Part shown: piece after piece, positions 1 to 13,491 of the stretch
How positions within the stretch are numbered: the stretch's first letter is position 1
Layout of the letters: each line of letters begins with the position of its first letter
Assembly (NCBI GenBank): GCA_964016885.1
Contig: OZ024751.1
Span: forward strand, 30,628,001 to 30,692,000
Reading direction: 5' to 3'
DNA: 64,000 nucleotides
From: Eledone cirrhosa
Lineage: Eukaryota
Notes under the pieces: generated by a model
The model's database searches: none
Seen by the model: the letters and a program-made list of their open reading frames with translations, nothing else
What the model was told of the DNA's origin: nothing
Translations under genes and position numbers: made by a program

Positions 1-269
1 TTTATTTAATAAAACCGTTTTTCTATTAATCTGTCGGCTTCTCTGCAGTAAGTTCCGGCACGAATGGTTTACTTAGGGATTAATGGCGGTTCTCTTACAT
101 CACACACTTGAGATTGACATCAGGCAGGTATGGTATGAGGATTTACCTGTGTGTGTGTATGTGTATTTGTGTGTACTTGTGTGTACTTGTGTGTACTTGT
201 GTGTACTTGTGTGGTGAGATTGGTCATAATATGTTCACATTGATGTGTGTGGTGTATTGTATATGTTCA

Positions 270-760
270 TGATGATGATGCTAGTGGTGGTGTTGGTGGT
301 GGTGATAGTGGTGGTGATAGTGGTGGTGATAGTGGTGGTGTTAGTGGTGGTGGTGGTGATAGTGGAGGTGATAGTGGTGGTGATAGTGGTGGTGGTAGTG
401 GAGGTGATAGTGGTGGTGTTAGTGGTGGTGGTGGTGGTGGTGGTGATAGAAGAGGTGATAGTGGTGGTGATAGTGGAGGTGATAGTGGTGGTGATAGTGG
501 TGGTAATAGTGGTGGTGGTAGTGGGGGTGATAGTGCTGGTGTTACTGGTGGTGGTGGTGGTGGTGTTAGTGATGGTGATAGTGGTGGTGGTGGCGGTGGT
601 GGTGTTAGTGGAGGTGATAGTGATGGTGATAGTGATGGTGATAGTGGAGGTGTTACTGGTGGTGATAGTGGTGGTGGTGGTGGTGGTGTTAGTGGAGGTG
701 ATAGTGGTGGTGGTGGTGGTGGTGGTGTTAGTGGAGGTGATAGTGGCTGTGATAGTGGTT
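270..760. repeat. (GGT/GAT/AGT)n degenerate trinucleotide repeat
   Basis: Direct inspection. Confidence 0.95.
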
Positions 761-1079
761 CATCAGCGGGTATCGCCTAAACAATAACCAATCGATCCAC
801 AGAATCCCAAACCCCAGCCCATGCCGGCTTTGGCTGTTTGTGACGGCCGAGACAGTAAAGTGATTAGCAACTGGAATCCGATACAGCTCTGCCCCTCGAC
901 AGCCACCGATTTACAAGCTTTACGTGGTGGCCGGAGAATAGAAAACAAATCTTTTCGTTCCCGTGAAACGCTCTCAGCCAACGTAATAAGATGTGAAAAG
1001 ATGGTTATTAGAAAGAGCAGTCCCACATCGATGTATAATAGAATGGTAGCATTCGGCTCATGTCTCCAAGTCCCATGGC

Positions 1080-1320
<241 letters not shown>

Positions 1321-1917
1321 GTGTGTGTATTTATGTGTGTGTATGTCTGTACAGTCCTCTGTTGGTTGTTATATTAATTAGCTTTGAAGTTTTTTTTCTC
1401 TGTTCCCAAACAATCAAGTGGGTGTTGAAAGTCTGTGGCGCCCCTTATTCTTAATATTTTACATGTTTCTGCTTATTTATTTTATATAACCAATGGAAGT
1501 ATTATTTCAAAATCCAACAAATATTATAATCTTAGCCCGTGAGACACAAATGCCTTTCGGTATTTATTCAAATCCCACTGTGATCAACTTAGCCTTTTAT
1601 ACCTCCGAGGGCTGTCAAACCTTTATATTTACAGATCTCCCTTTGTTTCAGTTTTGTTATTCTTAGGCGGCGAATTGGTAGAATCGTTAGAACGTCGGAT
1701 ATAATGCCTTGCGGTATTCGTTCTGGCTCTCTGGTCTCTGAGTTCAGATCCCACCGTGGTCGATAAAAAAAAGTACCAGTTCAGTACTGGTGTCCATTCT
1801 TCCTCTATGTCTCTTTCTAATTCCCATTCTCATGTTCAGGTTTACAATCTAGATTCTGTTATTTAATTATTATATTTTGTGTTTGAAACATTTTCTATCA
1901 TAAATTCAACAGTTAAA

Positions 1918-2132
1918 AGGATTTGTAGAACCGGCAGAGTGCCGGACTACATGCTTAGCAGTATTTCTTTCAACTCTTCAATATCTGAGTTCAAATCCTG
2001 CCATGGTCAACTTTATTTTTCACTCTTTTAGGATCGATAAAATAAAGAACCAGTTAAATACTAGGGTCGATTTAATCGACATTCCATTCCCCCAAAATGT
2101 TCGGCCTTGTGCCTATATAAGAAACCATTATT
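1918..2132 (+). mobile_element. tRNA-derived SINE family A (Meta/MESC-like central domain); adjacent partial copy at 1665-1800
   Basis: B-box-like GAGTTCAAATCC, then ggtcaacttt..ttca..ggatcgataaaataaag.accagt...ggccttgtgccta...agaaaccattatt. Confidence 0.75.
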
Positions 2133-2149
2133 TTATTTATTTTATTGAC

Positions 2150-2280
2150 CGATGAACAAGATCTCAGACTTTATTCGCTTACGGAGTGGGGTGGAACTCG
2201 TCAAACCGGAACTCGTCAAAACAAAGTTTTCATTGGTCTTTTCATTGCCGATATTATCTAGCGTTAATTACATGTCAATT
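2150..2280. repeat. Dispersed repeat shared with ~21960-22062
   Basis: aagatc.cagac.t.att.gctta..gagtggg.tgga.ctcgtcaaaccg...ttgc..atattatct occurs at both loci. Confidence 0.6.
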
Positions 2281-2311
2281 ATCAATCAATATATTTGTAC
2301 ATTCTATAAAG

Positions 2312-2628
2312 CAGTGGGCTCCAACCTTTTTTATACTACAGATCGAACAAATCATGCCGGACAATTTGTACCACGGACCGGTAGTTGCACATATTTAAGC
2401 TCATTTCGATAAAGAGACAATAATAAAAAGAACAATTTATTAAAGGGAAGGAAAAGTGTATTGAGTATATAAAAATATTGAATATTTAAACAATTTTTTT
2501 AAAATTCAAGTCCAATATTCAATTTATCTATTATATCATTTTAAACAAGTTAATTATTTTTTTGCGGCTCAGTAGCAAATGATCCACGGACTGGTACCGG
2601 CTCACGGTCCGGTGGTTGGAGACCTCTG
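2312..2628. mobile_element. hAT (Charlie-like) MITE
   Basis: TIRs CAGTGGGCTCCAACC / GGTTGGAGACCTCTG; 8-bp TSD ctataaag / ttataaag. Confidence 0.8.
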
Positions 2629-2661
2629 TTATAAAGGAAAAAGAAAGGAAGAAAGAAAGAA

Positions 2662-2721
<60 letters not shown>

Positions 2722-2765
2722 ACCATATTTGAACTTTATCTATATCTGATATTTCCCTTTTGCAG

Positions 2766-3022
2766 GTACCTTGGTCTGGCTAGTTCATACCAAACAATTC
2801 CAGTGGAAGTCAAACAAAATGGTAAGCAGAGAAGATGTTCAAGTCTCAACTTCCTGTTGCCTCGTCAGCGAGATTTGTGCAACACGGAAGAGAAACTGTT
2901 GGAAGTGATTACTAAAGGAGCTGCAATAGGAATTAGTGAGTGCCAACACCAATTTCGGACACGCCGATGGAATTGTACAACTTTTAATACCACTAATGTC
3001 TTCGGTGAAGTACTCAACATTA
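2766..3022 (+). CDS. WntA: Wnt ligand (WntA-like), first visible coding exon (phase 2 start, phase 1 end)
   Basis: Acceptor ...tttcccttttgcAG at 2764-65 and donor A|GTAAGT at 3023. Translates YLGLASSYQ...CSSLNFLLPRQRDLC...GAAIGISECQHQFRTRRWNCTTFNTTNVFGEVLNI, containing the Wnt ECQxQFxxxRWNC motif. Confidence 0.93.
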
Positions 3023-3231
3023 GTAAGTAAACCCATATATATCGTTTCATAGATTCATATACAAATATGACCACCATCACGAATTTGATTAGAAATTAAT
3101 GATAAAGCTAGAGTGAAGGTCGTCTTCCATGTAAACATCTAGAATTGTTTCTAAATCAGTTAATAAAAAAAAAACTATTTCTTTCATTCCAGTTGAAATC
3201 TTATTTCATAATTGTAATAGAATTGAGGAAC

Positions 3232-3518
3232 TAGATTTGTGGTTAGAGTATTTGGCTCACAATCGTCAGGTCGTGGGTTCGAACCTCAGCGGCGCGTTGT
3301 GTCCTGGAGCAAGACACTTTATTTCACGTTGCTCCAGTCAACTCAGCTGGCAAAAATGAGTTGTACCTGTTATTCGAAGGGCCAGCCTTGACACATTCTG
3401 TGTCGCGTTGAATCTCCCCGAGGGCTACGTTAAGAGTACGGGTATCTGTGGAATGCTCAGCCACTTGCACGTTAATTTCACGAACAGGCTGTTCCGTCTA
3501 TCAGATCAACTGGAACAC
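3232..3518 (+). mobile_element. tRNA-derived SINE family B (copies at ~48461-48700 + and ~22095-22180 -)
   Basis: gtggttagag...gggttcgaacc (A/B boxes), then gttgtgtcctggagcaagacactttatttc...gtggaatgctcagccacttgcacgttaatttcac. Confidence 0.75.
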
Positions 3519-3649
<131 letters not shown>

Positions 3650-4060
3650 AGATTTGAATGGATACAGTTTAGTTGAAAGGAATTTATTGACACGTGTTTC
3701 TATAACAGTTACGTAACCTAAAACAGCTGCTATCTACAAACTTTTAGTTATGCAGACATTCAATATTTCAATGTTATTATTTACTGTCATTTCATCAGAA
3801 TAATATTACTGAGGACCTATTTAGTTTTTATAGAGAATATTAGGAGGGAGGGGTGAAGTTGTTAGAAGAATAGTTGAAGGAGTGGTTTTTCGATAGCAGT
3901 GAGAATTCTTGGTGGCAGTGAGTAATTAGATTCCCATCTGTTGTTTTGACATTTTTTATAGAATATATTATTGGTTATTTTTCTAAATCTATAGAAGGAT
4001 TAGAGATAGTAAAGATATGCGTGGTTGGTTTTGTGTTTGCACTGAATTAACATTCAGACT
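3650..4060 (-). mobile_element. Highly degenerate RT-like (probably Penelope-like) fragment
   Basis: Remnant LNCIHSNL and a decayed FRYVDD-like segment on the minus strand, ending at (TA)n; many stops. Confidence 0.3.
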
Positions 4061-4391
4061 TAAATTTTTCTTTCAAGTGTAAGTATCCTTTCACACACGC
4101 ATTCACACACAAATATATTTGCGCACCTCTACAAAATACATATACTCACAATTCACATATTCATACTTACATATATATACACATGCATACACATATATAT
4201 ACACACATGTATTCATGTACATACATACGCGGTCATGTGTATACATTTTCATACTCAACTTATCTTTATATACACACGTATAGACACACACATATATACA
4301 TACATACTCTAGTCCATGTGTATACACATACATACACATCTATATACACATACATACATACACACATATATATACATATATATACACACAC

Positions 4392-4490
<99 letters not shown>

Positions 4491-4757
4491 CACTTTAATA
4501 CATGAATACACTTACATCTAACTATACACATCAAACATATATATATATTTACTTATTTATATACATTTTCACATATATATACATACTTATGGACGTTTTT
4601 AGACACATTCATTATCGCATATTTGCACCTATTCTCATCAGCATATCTTTCCATTATTAGTGTGGTAATTTAAGGTTATTAATATATGTTGAGAAGAGAT
4701 TGTTTTTATATTTTTCTAACTAGATTAAGGTTTATATAGTTGGGGGATGTCCCTCTT

Positions 4758-4956
4758 TTATGTAATATTCGGGTTGTAGTGGGAAAAAAGGGTTTTAGTT
4801 CTGTGACGGCAGAATAATGTTCGTTCAATTCTCTTATTCAGCAGTTTCTTCTTGTGTGTGATTATGTAATAAATCTCAAGATTACACAATTTGCAGAAAT
4901 TTTGGCTCCTGGAAAAGCTTTGGGTTTTAGCTAATTTCTCCCATTTTAGGGTAAAC

Positions 4957-4957
<1 letters not shown>
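4758..4957 (-). mobile_element. Penelope-like element ORF C-terminal remnant abutting (TA)n
   Basis: LKWEKLAKTQSFSRSQNFCKLCNLEIYYII...LLNKRIERTLFCRHR matches the PLE endonuclease C-terminal pattern W...CxLCxxE...LLNKR.E...CRH. Confidence 0.65.
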
Positions 4958-5020
<63 letters not shown>

Positions 5021-5024
<4 letters not shown>

Positions 5025-5176
5025 ATAATAATAAATGCGAAGACTAAAATCCGAAGAGGGCTCGATAAGGATAATATATATATATAGACCGTAGAGCAAA
5101 TATTTATTTAAAGATCCGGTTAAAGGTGAAAGCAGCGATTCTTTGCTTAAACTTTAATCTGTTGTTTTAATAAATG
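5021..5176 (+). repeat. Second TA-embedded dispersed repeat family (copies at ~20876-20975 -, 30037-30190 +, 30300-30415 -, 61226-61430 +)
   Basis: Shared agtaataataataaat..gaagactaaaatcc..agagggctcgataaggata...ggtgaaagcagcgattctttgcttaaactttaatctg, always bounded by (TA)n. Confidence 0.8.
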
Positions 5177-5276
<100 letters not shown>

Positions 5277-6000
5277 CTATGCATGTATTATTCACTCCTA
5301 GAGTATTTATATCAAAAGAATAATTAAGCCAAAATGAACTTTAAACTATGGAACTATCAATAACTTCTAGAAATATAGAGAAATCAAGAATTACTCTTTA
5401 AATATATGTTGTTGAAACTTATTTTAAAACTTTTCTTTTTCTTTTTTTCTCTTATTTTTTTCTTTTTATTTTCTATATTTTGTGTACAATGTCTTTAAAA
5501 TGTGCTCAAATATCTAGACTTTCGTTGTTGGCGCCAACCAAGTATAAACACTTCATCGAATATAAATATATTTGTATTTATAACGGTTGATAAAATAATT
5601 AAGAAAACAAGCTATTGTAGACGAAGGTTGACAAGAAGTTGCCAAACTACATTTAGAATCATTGATGGTGAATACTAGAAAATAAATAATTTATTAGAAA
5701 TACGTTTTGTCTCGTGATATTTGTTTGTTTCACTATTGTAACCTTTTAATTTTTTTTCGTTATTTTGAGGGTGTCAATCTAATTTAAAATTGGGGTATTA
5801 TTTCTCAAAGGGTCTGTGAAGATAATAGCGTGACAGTTACACCCTGTAAAAATACCAACATTGCAAAAAAAGAACAGAAGATATCAAAAGATAAAGAGAA
5901 ATAAGGAAACTATTGAGTTTTTGTTACAATTCAGATTCGTTTCTCTCTAAATATACAAAGAAAATAAAAGACAAATCTTTGAGTCACCTGAAGAGACACA

Positions 6001-6480
6001 TACATATATACGTACATATGTACATACATACAAGTATACATATATACGTACATATGTACATACATACAAGTATACATATATACGTACATATGTACATACA
6101 TACAAGTATACATATATACGTACATATGTACATACATACATATATACGTACATATGTACATACAAGTATACATATATACGTACATATGTACATACATACA
6201 AGTATACATATATACGTACATATGTACATACATACATGCATACATATATACGTACATATGTACATACGTGTATGCATACATATATACGTACATATGTACA
6301 TACATACAGACATGCATACATACATACGTACATATGTACATACATGTATACATATATACGTACATATGTACATACATACATGTATACATATATACGTACA
6401 TATGTACATACATACATGTATACATATATACATACATATGTACAAATATACATACATATATACATAAATACATACATACA
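6001..6480. repeat. 36-bp-period CATA/TA-derived minisatellite
   Basis: Unit TACATATATACGTACATATGTACATACATACAAGTA. Confidence 0.9.
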
Positions 6481-6523
6481 TGTGTGCATACTCTCAAACA
6501 TTCACATTACTACACTAACTCCC

Positions 6524-6561
<38 letters not shown>

Positions 6562-6607
6562 ACACCTACAGACATGCACACACATACACACAAATGCACA
6601 CACACTC

Positions 6608-6650
<43 letters not shown>

Positions 6651-7138
6651 GCAGAATCATTTGATTGCCGGGTATTTGTTCCTTGTCTCTACGTTGTGAG
6701 TTGAAAACCCACTGATGTGCACGTCGTCTTTCATCCTTGTACTTTATTATGTTTGTTCATACACGAGGAGGGACGTGTCGAAAAAGTCTGACAAATAAAT
6801 AAGTGGGGGTTGGGGACTATTATTCAAGACCTGAGAACAGAGAAACGTGTTGACTTCACTTAATAAGGTTCTGCGAAACAGTTTTCAAAACTGTCTAGTT
6901 GTTACCAGGCGATTGCCCGATATAGGTCTGTTATTTTTCTTAATTTACTACTTAAAATTAAGTCTGACAAACCATATTGATGTAGTTAGTATTTGTTCAC
7001 CCTAGCTAACCTAGTCCATACGATTCGAACACATGTATGTTTATATTAGTGTTCATCTCTCAATTATATTTCACGGATCGGAAAAGCTTTTTTCTTAGAG
7101 CTATTTAATTGTAAGAGACTACTCTGAGTTTCTAACTC

Positions 7139-7206
<68 letters not shown>

Positions 7207-7317
7207 GAGATGAATAAATTGGGTAAAATACCAGTTTCTTACCAAATACGAAGAAGCTCGATAAATTAACTCCTTAGGAAAGGGCACAGAGCATAATTTT
7301 TTAAAATTATATATAGA

Positions 7318-7564
7318 GAGTGGCGGTGGAACTGGGGGGGAGGGGGTCATGCCTCCCTCCAATAATTATATTTTCTCCCCAAACTACCAAACCACACATC
7401 TATTTGGATATGCGCTACAATTTATGTACATGTTATGTTAATCGCATATCGATGTTTTCTGACCATTTTAGCGTGCAAAGAGCTAAACTAATCACTACAA
7501 TTAAATTGTCCAAATTTGGTCCTCCCTCCACCCCTACAATTCAGAAATGCTTCCACCGCCCCTG
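7318..7564. mobile_element. hAT-like MITE; partial second copy at ~57192-57355
   Basis: TIRs AGTGGCGGTGGAA / TTCCACCGCCCCTG; ~160 bp of internal sequence recurs at 57192. Confidence 0.65.
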
Positions 7565-8144
7565 GGTAGTCAATTGGACAAAATTGATATCGTTATTTGG
7601 ACAAATAGATAGACATACAGATAGAACGACTGGTATACAGGCAGTTCGATTGACAGATTGATAGTAAACTATTGATGTTAGTTGCGCGTAGCTCTAGTAT
7701 CAAAAGCAGGTATAATTGATACGTTTATGTGTGTATGTGTGTATATGTGCATATGTCTTTATGTGCATATGTGTATATATGTTTATATGTATACGAGTAT
7801 ATGTGTATATGTGTATATGTGTATATAATGTTTATTTATAAAGGTGAGAAATACATTTATACATAGCAAAGGAGGAGTTCGTCAGAGCAGCATTATAACA
7901 TTTCTGTGTGTCTGTGTGTGCGCATGTCTCTGTGTGTGCGTATGTGTCTGTGTGTGTGTGTTACCGTATGTCTGTGTGCGCATGTATAGGTGTGTGTGTG
8001 AGTGAGTGTGTTTGTGTGTGTGTGTGTGTGTATGTCTTTGTCTGTGCGTGTGTCTATGTGTTCGCGTTTGTGTTTTTTCAGATGTTATTAGTTGCTTTTG
8101 TTTTACCTTACTAAGAAAACAATCCCACACACAGTCAGATGTAC

Positions 8145-9370
8145 GATCACCATCATCATCATCACCACCATAACCATCATCATCACCAATATCATCAATA
8201 TCACCATCAACATGATCATCATCATCATGATCATGATCACCATTACCATCACCATCCCCATCGCCATCATCACCAAGATCATCAATATCACGATCAGCAT
8301 CATCATCATCATCACTAGCATCACCATCACCATCATCATCACCATCACCATCACCATCATCACCATCATCATCATCATCATCATCACTAGCATCACCATC
8401 ACCATCACCATCACCATCATCACCATCATCACCATCACCATCATCATCATCATCAACATCACCATCACCAACATCATCATCATTATCACCTTCATCATCA
8501 GCAGCAACAGCACTATTTAAGGATCGTGTTGGACATTGTAGTCCTTGATACACTATTCCTAAAGCGAAATCGGGAATATGGCCACGGTTGGAATGGCTTT
8601 GGTCATACATACGACTATACGATCGCGTTTGACTGACAGGTGGCCAAAAGACCACATCCACTACATCTACAACCACCACCGACACCACCATCATCACACT
8701 CTACCACCACCAACACCACCGTCATCACCTTCCACCACCACGACCACCACCACCGTCATCACACCCACTATGAGCACAGCCACCACCACCACCACAACAA
8801 CAACAACAACCAAACCACCACCAACACCACCGTCATCACCCTCACTACAAGCACAGCCACCACAACCACCACCACCACCAACACCACCAACACCACCACC
8901 ACCACCAAATCCCCCCACCATATCCACAACCATCACCAACACCACCACCAAATCCCCCACCATATCCACAACCACCACCACAACCACCACCACCACCACC
9001 ACAACCACCACCACCACCACCACAACCACCACCACCACCACCAAATCCCCCACCATATCCACAACCATCACCAACACCACCATCATCACAACCACCACCA
9101 CAACCACCACCACCAAACCCCCTCCCCCCACCATATCCACAACCACCACCTATACCACCATCATCACAACCACCAGAACCAACACCACCACCAACAACAA
9201 CAACAACAACACCACCACCACCAACAACAACAACAACAACACCAACAACACCACCACCAACAACAACAACAGCAGCAGCAACAACAACAACAACAGCAAC
9301 AACAACACCACCACCAACAACACCACCACCAACAACAACAGCAACAACAACAACAACAACAACAACACTA
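8145..9370. repeat. (CAT)n and (ACC/AAC)n low-complexity blocks
   Basis: Direct inspection. Confidence 0.9.
8520..8650. repeat. Dispersed repeat shared with ~58338-58455
   Basis: ggat.cgt...gtagtcct.g.ta.act...gggaat..g....ggttggaa....tttg.tcata occurs at both loci. Confidence 0.45.
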
Positions 9371-9470
9371 ATATATTTCCCTAAAGAGTCTCCAATAAGA
9401 ATATGAACAATATCAGATGACGTGGAAAAAATTCAATTTATTTTCTAATTTGCTCATTCTACTACTGAGA

Positions 9471-9503
<33 letters not shown>

Positions 9504-9554
9504 CTCTCTATCTATCTATCTGTCTATCTGTTTATCTATCTGTCTATCTGTCTA

Positions 9555-9631
<77 letters not shown>

Positions 9632-9739
9632 TTCTGTGTGTGTGTCTCCCCTCTCTCTTTCTGTGTGTGTCTCTCTCTATCTCTCTGTCTCTCTCTCTCT
9701 CTCTCTGTATATATATATATAGGAAAATGTATGACCCCT

Positions 9740-9804
<65 letters not shown>

Positions 9805-9811
9805 AAATCTA

Positions 9812-9929
9812 TGACGGCTTGAACTCTGCCGTCGGGGTCACACTTTTTTCTATTACCCACTCTACTACCCTAAGTATTGAGTACTCTGGTGCGTTATGGT
9901 CCATCTGGTTCCTTACCACAACTCCTTCG

Positions 9930-9930
<1 letters not shown>
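9812..9930 (+). mobile_element. Partial copy of the palindromic-element family (other partials at ~24579-24625 -, ~51035-51175 -, ~63100-63250 +)
   Basis: Shares gccgtcggggtc...tattacccactctactaccctaagtattgagtact...ggtgcgttatggtcca, always ending at (TA)n. Confidence 0.75.
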
Positions 9931-9981
<51 letters not shown>

Positions 9982-10096
9982 CATCTATCTATATTTGTCC
10001 CCTTCTTTTGTGCCCCTGTGGCTAATAAAGACACATATCTGTCTATCTAGCTATCTCTATATCTATCTTTCCTTCCTGCTCTGTTTCTTCCCTCCC

Positions 10097-10153
<57 letters not shown>

Positions 10154-10485
10154 TTGTGTGTCGGTGTGTGTGTGGTTGTGTGTCGGTGTGTGTGTAATCG
10201 GCTCGCTACTGCTTCATCTGTTTGTCGGACACATCTGTCATGGCTACCCTTTCATTACTCTCATCACCTGCTCTCTCTCTTTACTCACACGGACTCATAC
10301 ACACACGTACACGCGCACACACACACACCCACACATGCACACGCACGTACACTCAGTTGTACGCACATGTACGTGCATATATACTCAGGTGCACCTATAT
10401 TACGTAGATTAGGAGAGTTTCCGAAACCAGTTTGATTGTACGCCGTTATTATGGCTCACCTTGCATACATACATACATACATACA

Positions 10486-10518
<33 letters not shown>

Positions 10519-11298
10519 GGTGGCTGCCAACTCGTTTTCGAGTACGGCCACTACTTTATATCCATATAGGAGAACCCCTACCAATACGCTGAACGAGTCT
10601 GACTTTTTAGTCCAGCCAGCGACTTGAAAACCCTGGTACAAACACTGCACTTGTGACAATTACTGACACATAGTGCCGGGCCCATGGTACCATGTGACGA
10701 CAAGTGCAGAGAGATCTCCAGATATAAAGCAATGCCTGTGCCGTAAAGCTTTTATAGTGAGCAAAGGCACTGCAAAAAGCCAGTACCACTCTCTTAACCA
10801 AGATGATATTTACCAAAAAGAACAACAAGTCAACATCATTGGATACCATCAGGGTTGCAGGTGTTATATCAGAGTTTTCCTTCTCCTAGAATTCTGCCTT
10901 GACAAGGGCTAAGGGGTCATCTCTCCCATACATACATACATGCATACAAACATACATACATGCATACATACATGCATGCATACATGCATGCATACATGCA
11001 TGCATACATACATGCATGCATGCATGCATGCATGCATGCATACATACATACATACATATGTACGTACGTACATACATACATACATAAATATATACATACA
11101 TACGTACATACGTACCTACGTAGATGCAAACATACATACGTACATGCATACATACGTACATGCATACATACGTACGTACATACATAAATGTATGCATACA
11201 TACATGCATACATACGTATAAAAATGCATACATACATTCATACTTAGATACGTACACGCAGGAACACACACACACATACATATATATACATATACACT

Positions 11299-11351
<53 letters not shown>

Positions 11352-12294
11352 ATATATATATATATATATATATATACAAGCGTGTGTGTTTGTGTAAGTA
11401 TATGTAATATTATATTGCTCGCCAAGTGACAAGAGAGCTCTATCTCCGTTTAAGAGCTATTATAGTTACTTTATAAGGACATTACACAGCATTTAGACTG
11501 ATTTCCATTGTTTTTTCGTGTTGATCTTGAGTTCATTGCTGTTAAAATCACACCGAAGCTGAAAGCAACATTCATCAGATCCCGGTTTCGTTTTCAATAT
11601 GGCAGTTTTGAATGTCACGCATTGAAATATGAGATTTGCTACGTGTCTACCTCTAAACAAACAACGTACTGTCTTTTCCCTTAAGCATATTAATTTAGCC
11701 ATAGATTAATTCTAGTTTCGTTTGAATTAACTCCCCTTTTCTCCTTTAGAATTGGTAACAACAGATACTAGATTTCTTTATCCCGACTTTTGGTTCTTTG
11801 AGAGCGAAGTTCCGATGTATTAAGAGTTTAGCGCGTACAAGACCTTTAATCTAATTGACAAAATTGAAGCTATTGGCTTTTGAGATTTATTTTTTCCTGA
11901 CTTGTTTTAGTATTCTTCTTCTTCTTCTATTGCTCTTGCTCGACGAGACTGGGATCATCTTGGTCTGCGGTACCAAAATCGTGTGTGTGTGTCTGTGTGT
12001 GTGTGTGCGTGTATGTGTGTGTGTGTATTTCGCATGATATTCGGGAACTGAAGTTCGATTGTCACGTCCATGGGGTCAGTTTACCTGATTTTCTAAGCTA
12101 TTATTTACAGAGATTGGCTGTTATCTTCTGCATTTGAGATTACCACATGTTTAAATATATACGTGTATGCAAGTTTGAGTGTGTACATACATACATGCAT
12201 GCATGCATACATACATACATACATACATACATACATACATACATACATACATACATACATACATACATACATACGTACGTACGTACATACATAC

Positions 12295-12331
<37 letters not shown>

Positions 12332-12333
<2 letters not shown>

Positions 12334-12670
12334 GCTGCCCCCTCGTTATCGAGTATGGCCATTGCACGATATACCATTATTAATAATAATAAATTAATTA
12401 ATTCTATCGTGCAATGCCTGTGAGTGAAGATATTTTTTAAAGTGAGGAAAGACTGTGAACTGAACCAATCCCACTCTCTGAGAGACAGTAGCTTTAACCC
12501 GAAAAGAAGAAAAGATCAACATCATCGGTAACTACTGAACCGCTGGTTTTATATCGGAGTTATCCCAGTTTCCTGAGTTGCCTTCTCCTAGAAGAATGCA
12601 CTGAGAAAGGCTAGGGGTCCTTCACTCCCAGTGGTTTAACCGCGCGATCGGGTGTCCAGCCCGACTATTT
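12332..12670 (-). mobile_element. Non-autonomous, possibly RTE-derived retroposon with (ATC)n tail; related copy at ~10515-10927
   Basis: The two loci share ggctgcc..ctcgtt.tcgagta.ggcca and tcaacatcat.gg...tatatc.gagtt...ccttctcctagaa...ggcta.gggtc. Confidence 0.55.
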
Positions 12671-12817
12671 CTATGTCCCCGCGCATATACATACACATGC
12701 ACCCATGTATATACACATATACACACACATATACATGTGTATATACATATTTACACACTTTTGTAAGGGCGGAAGAACATACATACATACATACATTCAT
12801 ACATACATAAATACATA

Positions 12818-13061
12818 CATCATTATTAGAGCTACAGGTTATATACCAGCCCGCTTGGACCAAAGTATAACTGAACTTGGATTTGAGGACAAAGAACGCA
12901 GCCCCCTAATTCATAGACTACAAATGGCTGCTATAGCTGGCACCTTCAAAATTTGCAAGACATTCTTGCGATTCGAGGGATGACAATTTATTTTCTTTTA
13001 CAACCTTGCCACCAGGAAGGTGGCCGGTCAAAAACGTACTCGAAATTAAGAGAAAGAGAAA
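12818..13061 (+). mobile_element. 5'-truncated copy of the R4/Dong-like element, in the Wnt intron, within (CATA)n
   Basis: Encodes IIIRATGYIPARLDQSITELGFEDKERSPLIHRLQMAAIAGTFKICKTFLRFEG*, nearly identical to the C-terminus of the 1169 aa ORF. Same 3' UTR hairpin and ...AAGAGAAAGAGAAA end followed by CATACAT; CATA repeats upstream. Confidence 0.93.
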
Positions 13062-13222
13062 CATACATATGGATGAGTGTGGTGTGTGTGTTTGTATAGT
13101 TTTGTTGTTTATTTATATGGGAATGTTATAGTAATTTGTCATTCTAAATTGATGTGGAACAAGAAAATGGTTTTAATTCATTGATATTATCTTGTCTTTT
13201 ATTTATTTTATTTTTTTTTCAG

Positions 13223-13491
13223 AAAGTAGGGAGACAGCTTATCTCTATGCTATTTTCTCGGCTGGAATCATGTATAGTGTGTCACGTGGTTGCTCTAAAG
13301 GACAGTTGAATCACTGTGGTTGTGGCCAGAAAATTAGACAAAATGAAAGTCCTGACAATTTTGAATGGGGTGGCTGTTCTGATAACATTTTATATGGCTC
13401 CAAGTTTTCAAGAGATTTTGTCGATATGGTAGAGACAGCAGAAATAGGAATGGGATTAATGAATCTCTGGAATAACGGAGCCGGACGAAAG
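13223..13491 (+). CDS. WntA: Wnt ligand (WntA-like), middle coding exon
   Basis: Poly-T tract plus cAG at 13221-22; donor AAG|GTATTG at 13492. A+AA restores Lys in frame with the previous exon: KSRETAYLYAIFSAGIMYSVSRGCSKGQLNHCGC...WGGCSDNILYGSKFSRDFVD...MNLWNNGAGRK. Confidence 0.95.

Noticed and set aside
1-135. Possible Wnt exon 1 (splice-like ctgcag/gtaagt and cag/gtatgg; MVYLG-like peptide)
   Set aside because: No frame gives Met, a hydrophobic signal peptide and a phase-2 donor without a stop.
245-787. Gly/Ser/Asp-rich and poly-Val ORFs
   Set aside because: Translations of a GGT/GAT trinucleotide repeat that is open in several frames; no supporting gene structure.
3232-3300. tRNA gene
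   Set aside because: The A/B boxes belong to a SINE head; no complete cloverleaf, and the sequence continues into the SINE body.
7882-9384. Mucin-like Thr/Pro, His/Gln-rich and Asp/Gly-rich ORFs
   Set aside because: Intronic CAT/ACC/AAC repeats open in several frames on both strands.
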